A stretch of DNA of 64,000 nt, taken from IMG/VR virus record IMGVR_UViG_3300028844_002207, positions 21,830 through 85,829 of that record. One strand, written 5' to 3'. Each line of letters starts with the position of its first letter. Positions within the stretch are counted from its first letter, which is position 1. A model generated the notes under the pieces. The model worked only from the letters and a program-made list of their open reading frames with translations. It ran no database searches and was not told the DNA's origin. A program made the translations under genes and the position numbers. The stretch is from a virus. Below, one piece after another: positions 29,501 to 38,112 of this stretch.

Positions 29501-32357
29501 TGATTTCATGTTGGAGTTTGATGCAGACGGTACATTTAATGGTAGATATGTAACAAAAGTAGGTGAGCAATACTGGGCTATACAAAATTCTCTTAGAAGT
29601 GAATTATATGACAATGAAGGTACACCTTATCAGTATAGACCTGTATATGATTTAGAAAAAGCAAGTGCAGAGGATATAGAATATAATAAAGATTTAGCTG
29701 CCAAGAAAAAAGCATATGGAGACTTCTATATGGCTGAGGAAAAAAGAGATGATGGATCACTGCGTCCTTCAGGGCAATATCATAAATATACACAAAAGTT
29801 TATAGATATAAGAAACCAATATGAAGTATGGAGACCAGGTGCTGAAAGTAATACTAGAGGAAGCTGGGAAAAGAAAAAGAATGTTTCAGATGGAGAGTAT
29901 GCTGCTTATGTTGCAAGATACTATGAGCCAATAGAATATACTAGAGCAGTAAGAGTAAAAGGTGTAGCAACAGGACAGATTATAGAAGACCGTCAAGATA
30001 TGATGGTTCCAAAAGTAGAGTTTAGAGAAATACTTCTTACTACACTTGACGGACGTAATATGGCAAATCCAAAGTATGATGCTATAATGTCTGGTACTGA
30101 TGCCAAGTCTGTTGCTCAAAGAGAGTTCTATAACTTATACGTAGATATGTATGAGAAAGACTTATTAAAGAAAATTCCAATTGGTCAAGCATCAAACATG
30201 CTTGGTAGAGTACCATTAGTACAGAATAAATTAATGTCTGAAGTAAAAGACAATGGAACATTGTTTACTAAGTTGTACGCTAGTATGTCAGAGAGTAGAG
30301 CATGGAATATGTTTCAACAAACTTCTACTCAAAAAAATGTTATACTAGATAATGAAGGTTATATCATTGATCAGATGCCTATCTACTATACAGGTAGACC
30401 TAAGCTTGATTCTGATATGGCTGATTTGCAAAAAGAGATTGATCTCTTGCAATCAAAGTATAAAAAGAATGAAATCCAAGATCAGAGATACAAGAAGGAA
30501 ATAGCTGTATTAAATGGTAAAATGGTAAGGTTAAGAGCTACACCAAGTAGAGGTCAAGTTAGTACAGATATGGCATCTAGTTTACTTAAGTTTAGTGCTA
30601 TGGCCCAAAACTATGAAACAATGGGTGCTGTAGATGACACGTTAAAGGCTTTTGTAAAAGTTATAGAGCAAAGAACGTATACTCCAGCTCCAGGCATGAG
30701 ATTAAATTTAACAGCAAAAATAAAAGATAAGGTTGTTGAAAATCTAGGGACTAAAGCAAATACAAGTACACAAGAAAAAAATGTAGTACGTAGAGCTAAG
30801 AAGTTTATGTCTATGATTCATTATGATAATGAAAACATTACAAAGGGTACTGTAGATAAAATTGCAGATGGTCTTATTCAACTATCATCTTTATCATATG
30901 TAGCATTTAATCCATTTGGTAACTTTAATAACTACTTAATTGGTAGAATAAATAATAATATTGAGTCCATTGGTGGAAGATTTTACAGCCAAAAATCATT
31001 TAAAAGAGCAACTTGGGAATTTAATAAAAGAGCTATCCCAGGATTAGTTCAAAGAACGGCACATGGTGGTGCAGAAGATTTACTTGACGTAGTAACATTA
31101 GGGATTATACCAGGTTTAGCTAAAGCAGACTATAATAAAAAAATGCCTAATAGTAAGTATGAGGGATTTGTTGACATGTTTAGAATGATGGATAGTATGT
31201 CTGACATACGTGAACAAAGTAGAGCTACTGATGATGGTAAGAGTTGGTTTGATAGAGCAACTGAATGGGGTTATATAATGCAAGATGCTGCGGAATATAA
31301 TTCACAAACTAAAGTGGGTATGGCCATACTTATGGATACTATGCTTAAGAATAGCAAAACAGGAGAACAATTATCATTTTATGATGCATTTGAATATGAT
31401 GCAACAACACATGGTAATAAAATTAAAGAAGGTTTTGATACAGTAATTAGAAGGAATGGTCAAGAATCAACTTATACTGATGAGGTTAGATATGAAATCA
31501 GAAATGAGATAAGAGAAGTCAATAAACAAATTCATGGTAACTACGCTAAGGAAGATAGAATTGTATTGCAATCTCATACATTAGGTGCTTTAGCTATTCA
31601 ATTTAAAAAGTGGTTAGCTCCAGCAATTAGAGCAAGATACCAGAGAGAATACTTTGATCAAAATTTAGGATGGATGGAAGGTAGATATAGATCTGCTTTA
31701 TCATTCTTAAATTTTGCAAGAAAAGAATTAGCCCAAGGTAATATGAACTTTAGAACAATGGGTAAAGAATATCTTGATCAACAAGTTCAAGAATACACAA
31801 CCCAAAAGTTTGGTGAGCAAGGTGCTAGAGACTATGGTCAAGGTGGTAACATAGATCAAAGGGCTAAGAATAGGTTGTTTGGCTTCTATAGAAGTATGGG
31901 TGATTTAGGTATTATGTTTAGTGTCATGTTTATTTCTTTACTGTTTGATGATATACTATCCGGAGATGATGATGATAGTGATACTGAAAAGAGATTTAAG
32001 AATTTAACAAGGTATCAAGCAGATAGAGTTTATAAAGAGCTTGTATTATTTATGCCTTCTTTTGCAGGATTTGAGCAAGTTGAACAAATGTTTAACTCTC
32101 CAATTGCTGCATCAAGATCAGTTAGTGAAATGTCTGAGTTTTTTGAGATGTTGTTTATTGGAGGTTTCAAACATTCAATGGCAAAAGTAACTGGAAATGA
32201 AGAAGCTTTTTATGCCAACTCTAATTATGTATATCAAAGAGGTAACAGAAAAGGAGAATTAAAATTATATAAAAACTTTAAAGATGTGTTTCCAATAGTA
32301 TATTCTATTCAAAAATGGGATTCTTATCTTAAGAATGCTGATTTCTATATTAAATAA
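26574..32357 (+). CDS. Large virion-associated polyvalent protein with degenerate zincin and PD-(D/E)XK nuclease-like domain
   Basis: 1927 aa. EEMLH (27249-27263) in a zincin-like context; GTADVFIID...IMDLKT (~28185-28247); long helical C-terminal region. Confidence 0.7.
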   Translation: MAKCYNRNDPGYQALKDEYGSDIKTSKVINDWQRVNDSDVFPSVAQAQTMVRDQNIAFSLKTQAFGKSVLDNLRRERIGSNLAGQFLINNSNPNTQSYDEAFLESNLKRFYRYLDINNIPRESFSVTRTPKSYRIEANNDIFSARDILEKSRSWDTNRSRAVVMHLKRMFPQVQVKMLSVAQAKVMYESLPKTKTNNVAFNEVNSFYMDGVAYLIKGRVTDEIAIEEMLHPFIDAIKMDNEELFNSLLDEAVKNFPELTAQIEDAYNSSTRNFSDTERDLEIVTQALSRHFKKEYETTPTKGFLAKVKEVIEWFKGVIENLNKYITGRELPVSAIKPGTTLSDVAKLLNTEGIQFKLEKRVDGKLRYSLSPAKEIQIKDALERANDTQKPIIMQLFNVAQSENSGIVDSLSASVKDAAEGDSIVTLNKEDHTYINSNDSEKVYTSVTTAIKGKLSKDKQIAHQINLDIGNEVDTLLDGVIANLSFEDSYAALETNNISKEAAKDTYDTLGSIMDSLKMKGAIVLSQVVLFDEASKMAGTADVFIIDQHGRVNIMDLKTTKNELSKEVPLNDKKGKRLGNQYKERFYALENDSVLKQQGLSTELSTEQQHNLQVNVYRRMAENMGYEVSYDEWAASTIHFKVGIEGTGVDQVFDGSINFDRWVPHPISQNLNLVDALVPEAITSYQKSKLEQEQEGSYNKIWNGKDQVDETTEADKNAAENYDEYNAAAGLLDTYQKALIEKRDMIPMLKSNIYMESTKENEIDQISKTIAYINLAMAGGVKGQSTALSEVLLDALSQVKDFRNYIDDPKNINSPEYVSYVLNFDKYMKTFEGLFILNDLKGLNKSQKNLILSLQQQFNLLSGAGTDTGGIVGTALKDYVKEMVRLKSSNDFGGKDSLFTEKDLELLMEKAADISDTEYQTKDLATSPDILLATMDKIRKAQNQKLLDLVAQRETVIRAAGQKLAKLSPELKLDKLYDFMLEFDADGTFNGRYVTKVGEQYWAIQNSLRSELYDNEGTPYQYRPVYDLEKASAEDIEYNKDLAAKKKAYGDFYMAEEKRDDGSLRPSGQYHKYTQKFIDIRNQYEVWRPGAESNTRGSWEKKKNVSDGEYAAYVARYYEPIEYTRAVRVKGVATGQIIEDRQDMMVPKVEFREILLTTLDGRNMANPKYDAIMSGTDAKSVAQREFYNLYVDMYEKDLLKKIPIGQASNMLGRVPLVQNKLMSEVKDNGTLFTKLYASMSESRAWNMFQQTSTQKNVILDNEGYIIDQMPIYYTGRPKLDSDMADLQKEIDLLQSKYKKNEIQDQRYKKEIAVLNGKMVRLRATPSRGQVSTDMASSLLKFSAMAQNYETMGAVDDTLKAFVKVIEQRTYTPAPGMRLNLTAKIKDKVVENLGTKANTSTQEKNVVRRAKKFMSMIHYDNENITKGTVDKIADGLIQLSSLSYVAFNPFGNFNNYLIGRINNNIESIGGRFYSQKSFKRATWEFNKRAIPGLVQRTAHGGAEDLLDVVTLGIIPGLAKADYNKKMPNSKYEGFVDMFRMMDSMSDIREQSRATDDGKSWFDRATEWGYIMQDAAEYNSQTKVGMAILMDTMLKNSKTGEQLSFYDAFEYDATTHGNKIKEGFDTVIRRNGQESTYTDEVRYEIRNEIREVNKQIHGNYAKEDRIVLQSHTLGALAIQFKKWLAPAIRARYQREYFDQNLGWMEGRYRSALSFLNFARKELAQGNMNFRTMGKEYLDQQVQEYTTQKFGEQGARDYGQGGNIDQRAKNRLFGFYRSMGDLGIMFSVMFISLLFDDILSGDDDDSDTEKRFKNLTRYQADRVYKELVLFMPSFAGFEQVEQMFNSPIAASRSVSEMSEFFEMLFIGGFKHSMAKVTGNEEAFYANSNYVYQRGNRKGELKLYKNFKDVFPIVYSIQKWDSYLKNADFYIK

Positions 32358-32413
32358 AATATTGAGTTTCCCTGATAATACCTAGGGATTTGTTTGATAT
32401 GTACACCAAAAAA

Positions 32414-32431
32414 GTGTATATTATTATATAG
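32414..32431 (+). promoter_or_regulatory. Candidate late-promoter motif
   Basis: GTGTATATTATTATATAG, 26 nt upstream of ATG 32457. Confidence 0.4.
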
Positions 32432-32456
32432 GATATAAAGACATTTGAGAATAACT

Positions 32457-32858
32457 ATGAAAAATATATTGACAGTATTAGCAGTAATAATCCTAACGTT
32501 CTCATCTTGTGGTACATATAATATATCTACAAGCTATAAGATTAAAAGTATTTTAACTATAACAGAAAAAGGTGACACTCTTGCGGTGCCTGTTAGAGAC
32601 TTTAAGTTTAGAATTCTTGATAATAGAATAAGAGAATTTATAAACCGTGATCATTATAGATATCAATACAGAGGAAACTGGCAGAACTGGAATTGGAATT
32701 ATCACAGTGTTCCAAATGTTAATGTTAGACAAACATACAGTCCACCTGTAATGCATACAAGACTAGTAACAACACCAATAATTAAACCAGTAAAGCCAAT
32801 TAATGTTGTTACTCCTATAAGAGTACAAAAGAAAATTAAATTTAACAATGACAACTAA
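32457..32858 (+). CDS. Predicted lipoprotein (possible spanin-like or exclusion protein)
   Basis: MKNILTVLAVIILTFSS-C: basic N-terminus, hydrophobic core and lipobox Cys; Pro/Val-rich tail. ATG 32457 preferred over the track TTG at 32445. Confidence 0.6.
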   Translation: MKNILTVLAVIILTFSSCGTYNISTSYKIKSILTITEKGDTLAVPVRDFKFRILDNRIREFINRDHYRYQYRGNWQNWNWNYHSVPNVNVRQTYSPPVMHTRLVTTPIIKPVKPINVVTPIRVQKKIKFNNDN

Positions 32859-33261
32859 ACTACTTATAGTGAGCATAACAGCATTCTGCACGTACTTATG
32901 TACGTACTTTTTTGATTTATCAATGGAAAACATGGAACAGTACCTGGCGGTTTGTTCAGTATTATGGTTAGATGGCATTTTTGGAGTTTGGGCTGGCTGT
33001 AAAAGAGAAGGGTTTAAAACATATAAGGCATTAAGAATTACTAGAAACACTTTTGTTTGGATAGCTATCCTCACAGTTATACTTATGGTAGAAAAAGGTT
33101 TTTCAGGTACAAGCTGGTTATCTGAGGTAGTTGTAGTACCCTTTATGATACTACAACTTATAAGCGCTTTAAAGAATGCTTCTATGGCAGGCTTAATTAA
33201 AACAGAAGAACTTAATAAAGTTCTAGATAGAATTGACAACCATAAAGGATTAAGAAAATAA
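32848..33261 (+). CDS. Holin (phage holin family 4/TcdE-like)
   Basis: 137 aa with ~3 hydrophobic segments; LWLDGIFGVW...GFKT...ISALKNASMAGLI pattern; basic C-terminus; overlaps the lipoprotein stop. Confidence 0.65.
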   Translation: MTTKLLIVSITAFCTYLCTYFFDLSMENMEQYLAVCSVLWLDGIFGVWAGCKREGFKTYKALRITRNTFVWIAILTVILMVEKGFSGTSWLSEVVVVPFMILQLISALKNASMAGLIKTEELNKVLDRIDNHKGLRK

Positions 33262-33270
33262 ACTTTAGTC

Positions 33271-33534
33271 TTATCCTGCCATTGTTCTAATAAGATGAAC
33301 TGTCCAAGCAATTAATCCATTAACGTTTAAAGCAACAAGATTCCATTGTTTACGTGATGATGTTTGTATAACTACACATATAAAACCCAGTATAAATAAT
33401 CCCGGATGTAGTGTCCATTGACCAGCTATCAAAAAGCCTGCACCCATATAACCTATACGGGATGCAACCTTTTGATATGATGTAAGCTTATTTGTATAAG
33501 CTAATAATTTAAGTATTCTTTTTTTAACCTTCAC
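33271..33534 (-). CDS. Small 3-TM membrane protein
   Basis: 87 aa with three hydrophobic stretches; GTG start overlaps the nrdA stop by 11 nt. Confidence 0.65.
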   Translation of the reverse strand: MKVKKRILKLLAYTNKLTSYQKVASRIGYMGAGFLIAGQWTLHPGLFILGFICVVIQTSSRKQWNLVALNVNGLIAWTVHLIRTMAG

Positions 33535-35149
33535 AACTTGAGCATTCTAAAATGTTACGTGCAAAATCTTGAGCACTGCTTTTACTAAACTGGTAGTACA
33601 AAGTTTTTACACCTTCTTCCCAGGCATACATGTATAATTTATTTATATCTTTAGCTGAGACAGATGGATCTATCATTAAGTTTAATGACTGTGATTGATC
33701 AATATACTTTTGTCTTTGTGCTGCTTGCAAAACAATCTCTTTTGGAGATATCTCTACAAATGATTTAAATACTTCTTTGGTAGGAAAATCTAAGTGTTGC
33801 ACGCTACCATCTTTCTTTAAGATAGACTTCCAAGTCTTGTCTGTATTTAGACCATACTTCTCAAGCTCCTCTTCTAAAAACGGGTTCTTGTAAATAGTTT
33901 TAGACTTAGCAAGATCCTTAATAAAGTAGTTAGACTTAATAGGCTCTATACCCATAGACACAGCACCATGTATAAATGAACTAGACTTAGTAGGAGCAAT
34001 GGCCATAAGAGTAGTGTTAGCATATCCTTCTCTAAGAGATGTATATCCATACTCATTATGTAATTCTCTAGAAGCAATCTCACTTCTATCTTTGAGAGTT
34101 CTAAATATTTCACTGTTCAAACCTTTAGCTTGTAGTGAGTCAAACTCAAGAAGCTTAGACTGAAACAATGAGTGGTAACCCAACACACCAAGACCAATAG
34201 CTCTGTGCTTCTCAGCAAAGTTAAATGCTCTCTTCATGCCTGGCATGGTTTCAGACTTAATAATGAATTCATCCATTACTGCATTTAAGAAATATACATA
34301 TGTTTCAATTGCGTCAGTCTCTTTTATAAGGTCCCAGTGTAATAAGTTGATAGAACCAAGGCAACATACAAAAGAGTTATAACTATCAGTGGGAAGCTGG
34401 ATCTCTGAACATAGATTAGACGCTGTGATTTCCATCCCAAGCTCTTTGTAAGGTGAGTTGTTATTAGAGTTATCTTTAAACATAATATACGGAAATCCAA
34501 ATTCACTTCTGTTTTGAATAATCTTAGCCCATACCTTACGCTTGCTTTTATCTCCTTCTTTCATTTCAGTCATCCATTGATCAGTAACTGTAACACCATA
34601 CTGCAAATTTTGTATAGGGTTACCCTCTGTGCCAATATCCAAGAACTCTAAGATGTCCGCATGCTCAACTGGTAGGTATACTGCACAAGCACCACGTCTA
34701 GCCTCAGACTGCTTGCATACATCTACTACAGTATCATAAATCTTAGCATAGTGCACTGGGCCATCAGCAAAGCCGCCTGTAGATATTTCAGTTCCTCTTG
34801 CTCTAATGTTGCCAATAAAAGCACTTGTGCCTCCCCCATATTTACTCATCATTCCAATTTCACGGCCAGCATTTAATATGCTATCTAAGTTATCATCAAC
34901 GTTAGATCCATAACAACTTATAGGTAAACCTTTTTGTTTACCAAAATTAATCCATACAGGAGTAGACAAAGAGTAAAAACCTCTTGCCATGTAGTCCTCA
35001 AACTTTTCTGCAAAGCCTTTTATATTCAAATACTTTTCTGCTTTTATAGCAATGTCTTTGATTCTTTGTTCAGGGCTTTCAGATATATACCCTCTTGATA
35101 AAAATGTGCGGCTGTCTTCATTCAGCCAGTAGTATTTATTATATTCCAT
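33524..35149 (-). CDS. nrdA: Ribonucleotide reductase class I alpha subunit (no ATP cone)
   Basis: PISCY, ASNLCSEI, IGLGVLG, AIAPTKSSS, KTLYY and C-terminal CSSC motifs; 541 aa. Confidence 0.96.
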   Translation of the reverse strand: MEYNKYYWLNEDSRTFLSRGYISESPEQRIKDIAIKAEKYLNIKGFAEKFEDYMARGFYSLSTPVWINFGKQKGLPISCYGSNVDDNLDSILNAGREIGMMSKYGGGTSAFIGNIRARGTEISTGGFADGPVHYAKIYDTVVDVCKQSEARRGACAVYLPVEHADILEFLDIGTEGNPIQNLQYGVTVTDQWMTEMKEGDKSKRKVWAKIIQNRSEFGFPYIMFKDNSNNNSPYKELGMEITASNLCSEIQLPTDSYNSFVCCLGSINLLHWDLIKETDAIETYVYFLNAVMDEFIIKSETMPGMKRAFNFAEKHRAIGLGVLGYHSLFQSKLLEFDSLQAKGLNSEIFRTLKDRSEIASRELHNEYGYTSLREGYANTTLMAIAPTKSSSFIHGAVSMGIEPIKSNYFIKDLAKSKTIYKNPFLEEELEKYGLNTDKTWKSILKKDGSVQHLDFPTKEVFKSFVEISPKEIVLQAAQRQKYIDQSQSLNLMIDPSVSAKDINKLYMYAWEEGVKTLYYQFSKSSAQDFARNILECSSCEG

Positions 35150-35161
35150 TGGTTTTTGTTT

Positions 35162-36142
35162 TTAAAATAAATCATCAACTGTGATGCTTTTGCTTTTTTT
35201 ATTGTAGTCAACACTCTTCTTGTAAAAGAAGTCTCCTTCTTTAGTGCCTGTTATCTCTATATCAAACCATTCTACTGATTTTAAAAGTTCTTGGTTGACT
35301 TCAAAGATTGGTTTCATACCTATCTTTTCTAGAGAGTTGTTAAATCTGTTTTTTATAAAGTGATAGATGGTTTGTTTTGGTAAGAACTCAAGCTCTCCTT
35401 GTTCAAAAATCCAATCTAGTATACCACACTCTGCTCTATATGCTTTTCTACATGCAGAATAAATGAGTTCTTCAAACTCTTCATCAAACCACTCCGGGTT
35501 TTCTTTCTTAATTATATTAATAAGTTCAGCACCAAAGTTGCCGTGTATCTCTTCTTCTTTACTAGTAGCTTCAACAACATTAGATATACCTTTAAGTACA
35601 TTCTTTTCTTTGTTAAAGCTCATCATAATTAAAAACTGACTAAATAGACTTACGTGTTCTATAAATAAAGAAAATAGTAATACAGACTTAGTATACATTT
35701 TATTGTCTCTAGAACGTGTACCATCTAAGTACTTCTTTAGGTACTTAAGTCTACCTTCTATTGCAGGCACTTCAACTACTGATTGAAATTCTTTTTCTAA
35801 TCCTAGTATTCTAAGCAGCCTGGCGTAGGCATCTTTATGTCTTACTTCTGACTCAGCAAAAGTAAAGCCTACATCACCTACTTCTGTAATAGGCATGCGC
35901 TTATAAAGATCTCCCCAAAAAGTTTTTACATTAACTTCTATCTGAGCAATAGCAAGCATTGTCTTTTTAATAACATCTTTTTCTTCATTTGATATAGTGA
36001 CTTTAAAGTCTTGTATGTCTTCTGTAAAATTAAATTCTGTATCAATCCAGTAGGAATGTCTAATGGCATCCTTGTATGCTAATAGTTGTGGATACTCATA
36101 CGGTAGTATATTTACTCTGGGTTTAAAGATGTTTTTGTTCAT
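35162..36142 (-). CDS. nrdB: Ribonucleotide reductase class I beta subunit (class Id-like)
   Basis: Ferritin-like ligands QIE, ESEVRH (Tyr at H+4), FIEH, EEEIH; AIAQIEVNVKTFW; C-terminal KSITVDDLF. Confidence 0.95.
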   Translation of the reverse strand: MNKNIFKPRVNILPYEYPQLLAYKDAIRHSYWIDTEFNFTEDIQDFKVTISNEEKDVIKKTMLAIAQIEVNVKTFWGDLYKRMPITEVGDVGFTFAESEVRHKDAYARLLRILGLEKEFQSVVEVPAIEGRLKYLKKYLDGTRSRDNKMYTKSVLLFSLFIEHVSLFSQFLIMMSFNKEKNVLKGISNVVEATSKEEEIHGNFGAELINIIKKENPEWFDEEFEELIYSACRKAYRAECGILDWIFEQGELEFLPKQTIYHFIKNRFNNSLEKIGMKPIFEVNQELLKSVEWFDIEITGTKEGDFFYKKSVDYNKKSKSITVDDLF

Positions 36143-36162
36143 AAGGTTATTTATTAAGGATT

Positions 36163-36196
36163 AAAAAGCCTCATTTCCTACAGGAGAAAATGAAGC
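36163..36196 (-). terminator. Intrinsic-terminator-like hairpin upstream of nrdB
   Basis: Minus-strand GCUUCAUUUUCU-CCUGU-AGGAAAUGAGGC (12 bp, 2 G-U pairs) followed by UUUUU. Confidence 0.55.
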
Positions 36197-36328
36197 TACT
36201 AGATATATTTAATTTACTAAATACAACTGAGATATAAAAGAGAACCAATGTTTATTATTTATATATATCAGTAAGCAATGCGAAGATAATATTTATATGT
36301 CTCAATCAGTTGTTTAAGTCTGACAAAA

Positions 36329-36348
36329 TTTGTATATTATTAATATAG
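36329..36348 (+). promoter_or_regulatory. Candidate late-promoter motif
   Basis: TTTGTATATTATTAATATAG, 18 nt upstream of ATG 36367. Confidence 0.45.
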
Positions 36349-36366
36349 TACTTTAAAAACATAAAT

Positions 36367-36627
36367 ATGTTTAAGAAAATTATACACGTTATTTGGACTT
36401 ATAGTTTACAAGACTATTGGATAGCTATATGGTCAAGAACAACAATAGATGAAAAAGCAAAATCTACATTAGTAGAAATTGTAAAACGCTATAAACTTAC
36501 AGCAGATGAATTAGCTGATGTAGGTAGAGCAATAAAAGAGGTTGGTAATCAACTAGGGCATGTTCCTAAAGCTGTTGTAGGTAAAACTAGAAAAAGGGCT
36601 CCTAAAAAAAGACCAGTAAAAAAATGA
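36367..36627 (+). CDS. Hypothetical protein with basic C-terminus
   Basis: 86 aa; first gene after the divergent intergenic region. Confidence 0.65.
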   Translation: MFKKIIHVIWTYSLQDYWIAIWSRTTIDEKAKSTLVEIVKRYKLTADELADVGRAIKEVGNQLGHVPKAVVGKTRKRAPKKRPVKK

Positions 36628-36725
36628 GACAAATTTGTTTATTAATTCAGTGGGTTTCAAGAGGTAAGGTTTGTTTAGGACACTGCCGTCAAGGACTATG
36701 TAATAAAACCAAAAGTAAAATATAA
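36624..36725 (+). CDS. Small Cys-rich protein (33 aa)
   Basis: Read by hand: MRQICLLIQWVSRGKVCLGHCRQGLCNKTKSKI; ATGA overlap upstream and TAATG overlap downstream. Confidence 0.5.
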   Translation: MRQICLLIQWVSRGKVCLGHCRQGLCNKTKSKI

Positions 36726-36871
36726 TGGGAGATTGGCAATTAGAAATAGCATTTCATTGGCCACATAACAGATTAGCATTAGGATGGGAGTTTATACAAC
36801 CAGATGCTGAGTTTAATTATGCAACAATGAAAGTATACTTGTTCTTTGTAACGTTTACATTGGATATTTAA
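36725..36871 (+). CDS. Small hypothetical protein (48 aa) with hydrophobic C-terminus
   Basis: Read by hand: MGDWQLEIAFHWPHNRLALGWEFIQPDAEFNYATMKVYLFFVTFTLDI; TAATG coupling; fills the gap before 36883. Confidence 0.6.
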   Translation: MGDWQLEIAFHWPHNRLALGWEFIQPDAEFNYATMKVYLFFVTFTLDI

Positions 36872-36882
36872 ATTTAATTAAA

Positions 36883-37101
36883 ATGGCAAAAAATAGACCA
36901 TGTTTACCAAAGCAGAAGTTATCAAGGCAAAAAAGTAAAATGCTTATGAGAACTGGTGGTGAACTAGAAGACATGATGCAAGGCTCTTACACAGAAAAAA
37001 TGCGTAAGGGAGGTGATGCAGAAAGAATTGTACAGGATAAATCCGGCAAAGATAAAAAACAAAAATATAAAATGGGTGGATGGACCTATGATGGCAAATA
37101 A
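36883..37101 (+). CDS. Small basic protein with three xxxGG motifs
   Basis: 72 aa; MRTGG, MRKGG, YKMGG. Confidence 0.65.
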   Translation: MAKNRPCLPKQKLSRQKSKMLMRTGGELEDMMQGSYTEKMRKGGDAERIVQDKSGKDKKQKYKMGGWTYDGK

Positions 37102-37104
37102 GAT

Positions 37105-38103
37105 ATGAATATTTTAACTGACATATTAAGTTTAATTAGACAAGGCAAGTATTCTAAAGTTGCTGAAAAAGATGATGTCTTAGTACTAGGTAAATGGAAT
37201 GAAACTCCAGACATGACTGGTGTAGCATCTCCCATCCCTTATAAAGCGGTTAAGCTTATTAAGATTAGTGACTTTAAGATAGAAGGTAAGGGATGTACTA
37301 ATGAAAATACACCAGTTGTAGCTAAAGGAGATACAGCTACAGTTTATCAAAAAACTGTTAATGATCCTGATACAGGTGAATGTACAGTATATTTCCGTAC
37401 ACTTAAATCATTAAGTTCTAATTTAACTTTAAATTTATCTTCAGATGATGACTATGTAGAAATCACAACAGAAGGTGAACCAAATACTGCAGAAAATATA
37501 GGAGGAGGTTTTGGTTTATATAAAGATAAAGTTGGTGAATCACTGAGATTTAAATCTATAGTGGCAGGTTCTAATATAAATATAAGTGATGATGGTAGTT
37601 CATTAGTTATTAATGCAACAGGTGGTGGTGATCAAACATCTGCAATTAATATAGGTGGAGGCCAAGAAGTTTTTGAAAGTGAAGTGGGTGATCAATTGAG
37701 GTTTAGAACTTTAATTGGTGGTGGTGATATAGATGTTCAAACAAAAGGAGATACAATAAGTATTTCAAACTTTACAACAATACCAAAAATATATAGAGCA
37801 TTGTTGACCCAAGCTGGTGATAGTGCTCCAGTAATAACTGTTTTAGAAAATACAACAGATTTTACATTAAGTGTAAGTAGAGATGGTGTAGGAACATATC
37901 AATTTGATTTTTCCAGTGATCTGGCTGACATAGATAAAGCAGTAATAAATATATCACAAACAGGTAAGTCAAGCCCACATCTATTTAATATAAATAGTAC
38001 AAGTAGTGCTGACTTTTCTTTACAAACGTATTTTGGTGCAACAAATGTACTACAAGATAGTCAATTGCTTAGAACACCTTTGGAGATATTAGTATACCCT
38101 TAA
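37105..38103 (+). CDS. Putative fibre/structural protein with an internal duplication
   Basis: 332 aa; duplicated segment NIGGG...VG(E/D)xLRF(K/R)(S/T); C-terminal YRALLTQAG...ITVLENTT domain. Confidence 0.6.
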   Translation: MNILTDILSLIRQGKYSKVAEKDDVLVLGKWNETPDMTGVASPIPYKAVKLIKISDFKIEGKGCTNENTPVVAKGDTATVYQKTVNDPDTGECTVYFRTLKSLSSNLTLNLSSDDDYVEITTEGEPNTAENIGGGFGLYKDKVGESLRFKSIVAGSNINISDDGSSLVINATGGGDQTSAINIGGGQEVFESEVGDQLRFRTLIGGGDIDVQTKGDTISISNFTTIPKIYRALLTQAGDSAPVITVLENTTDFTLSVSRDGVGTYQFDFSSDLADIDKAVINISQTGKSSPHLFNINSTSSADFSLQTYFGATNVLQDSQLLRTPLEILVYP

Positions 38104-38112
38104 ATTAAAAAA

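Noticed and set aside
1056-30119. Numerous 60-160 aa minus-strand ORFs within the large + strand genes (e.g. 4136..4513, 21416..21742, 27368..27847)
   Set aside because: All lie antisense to long coding genes, show shadow-like composition and contain no recognisable motifs.
32763-33311. 182-aa minus-strand ORF
   Set aside because: Antisense to the lipoprotein and holin, which have clear signal/TM features; no motif of its own.
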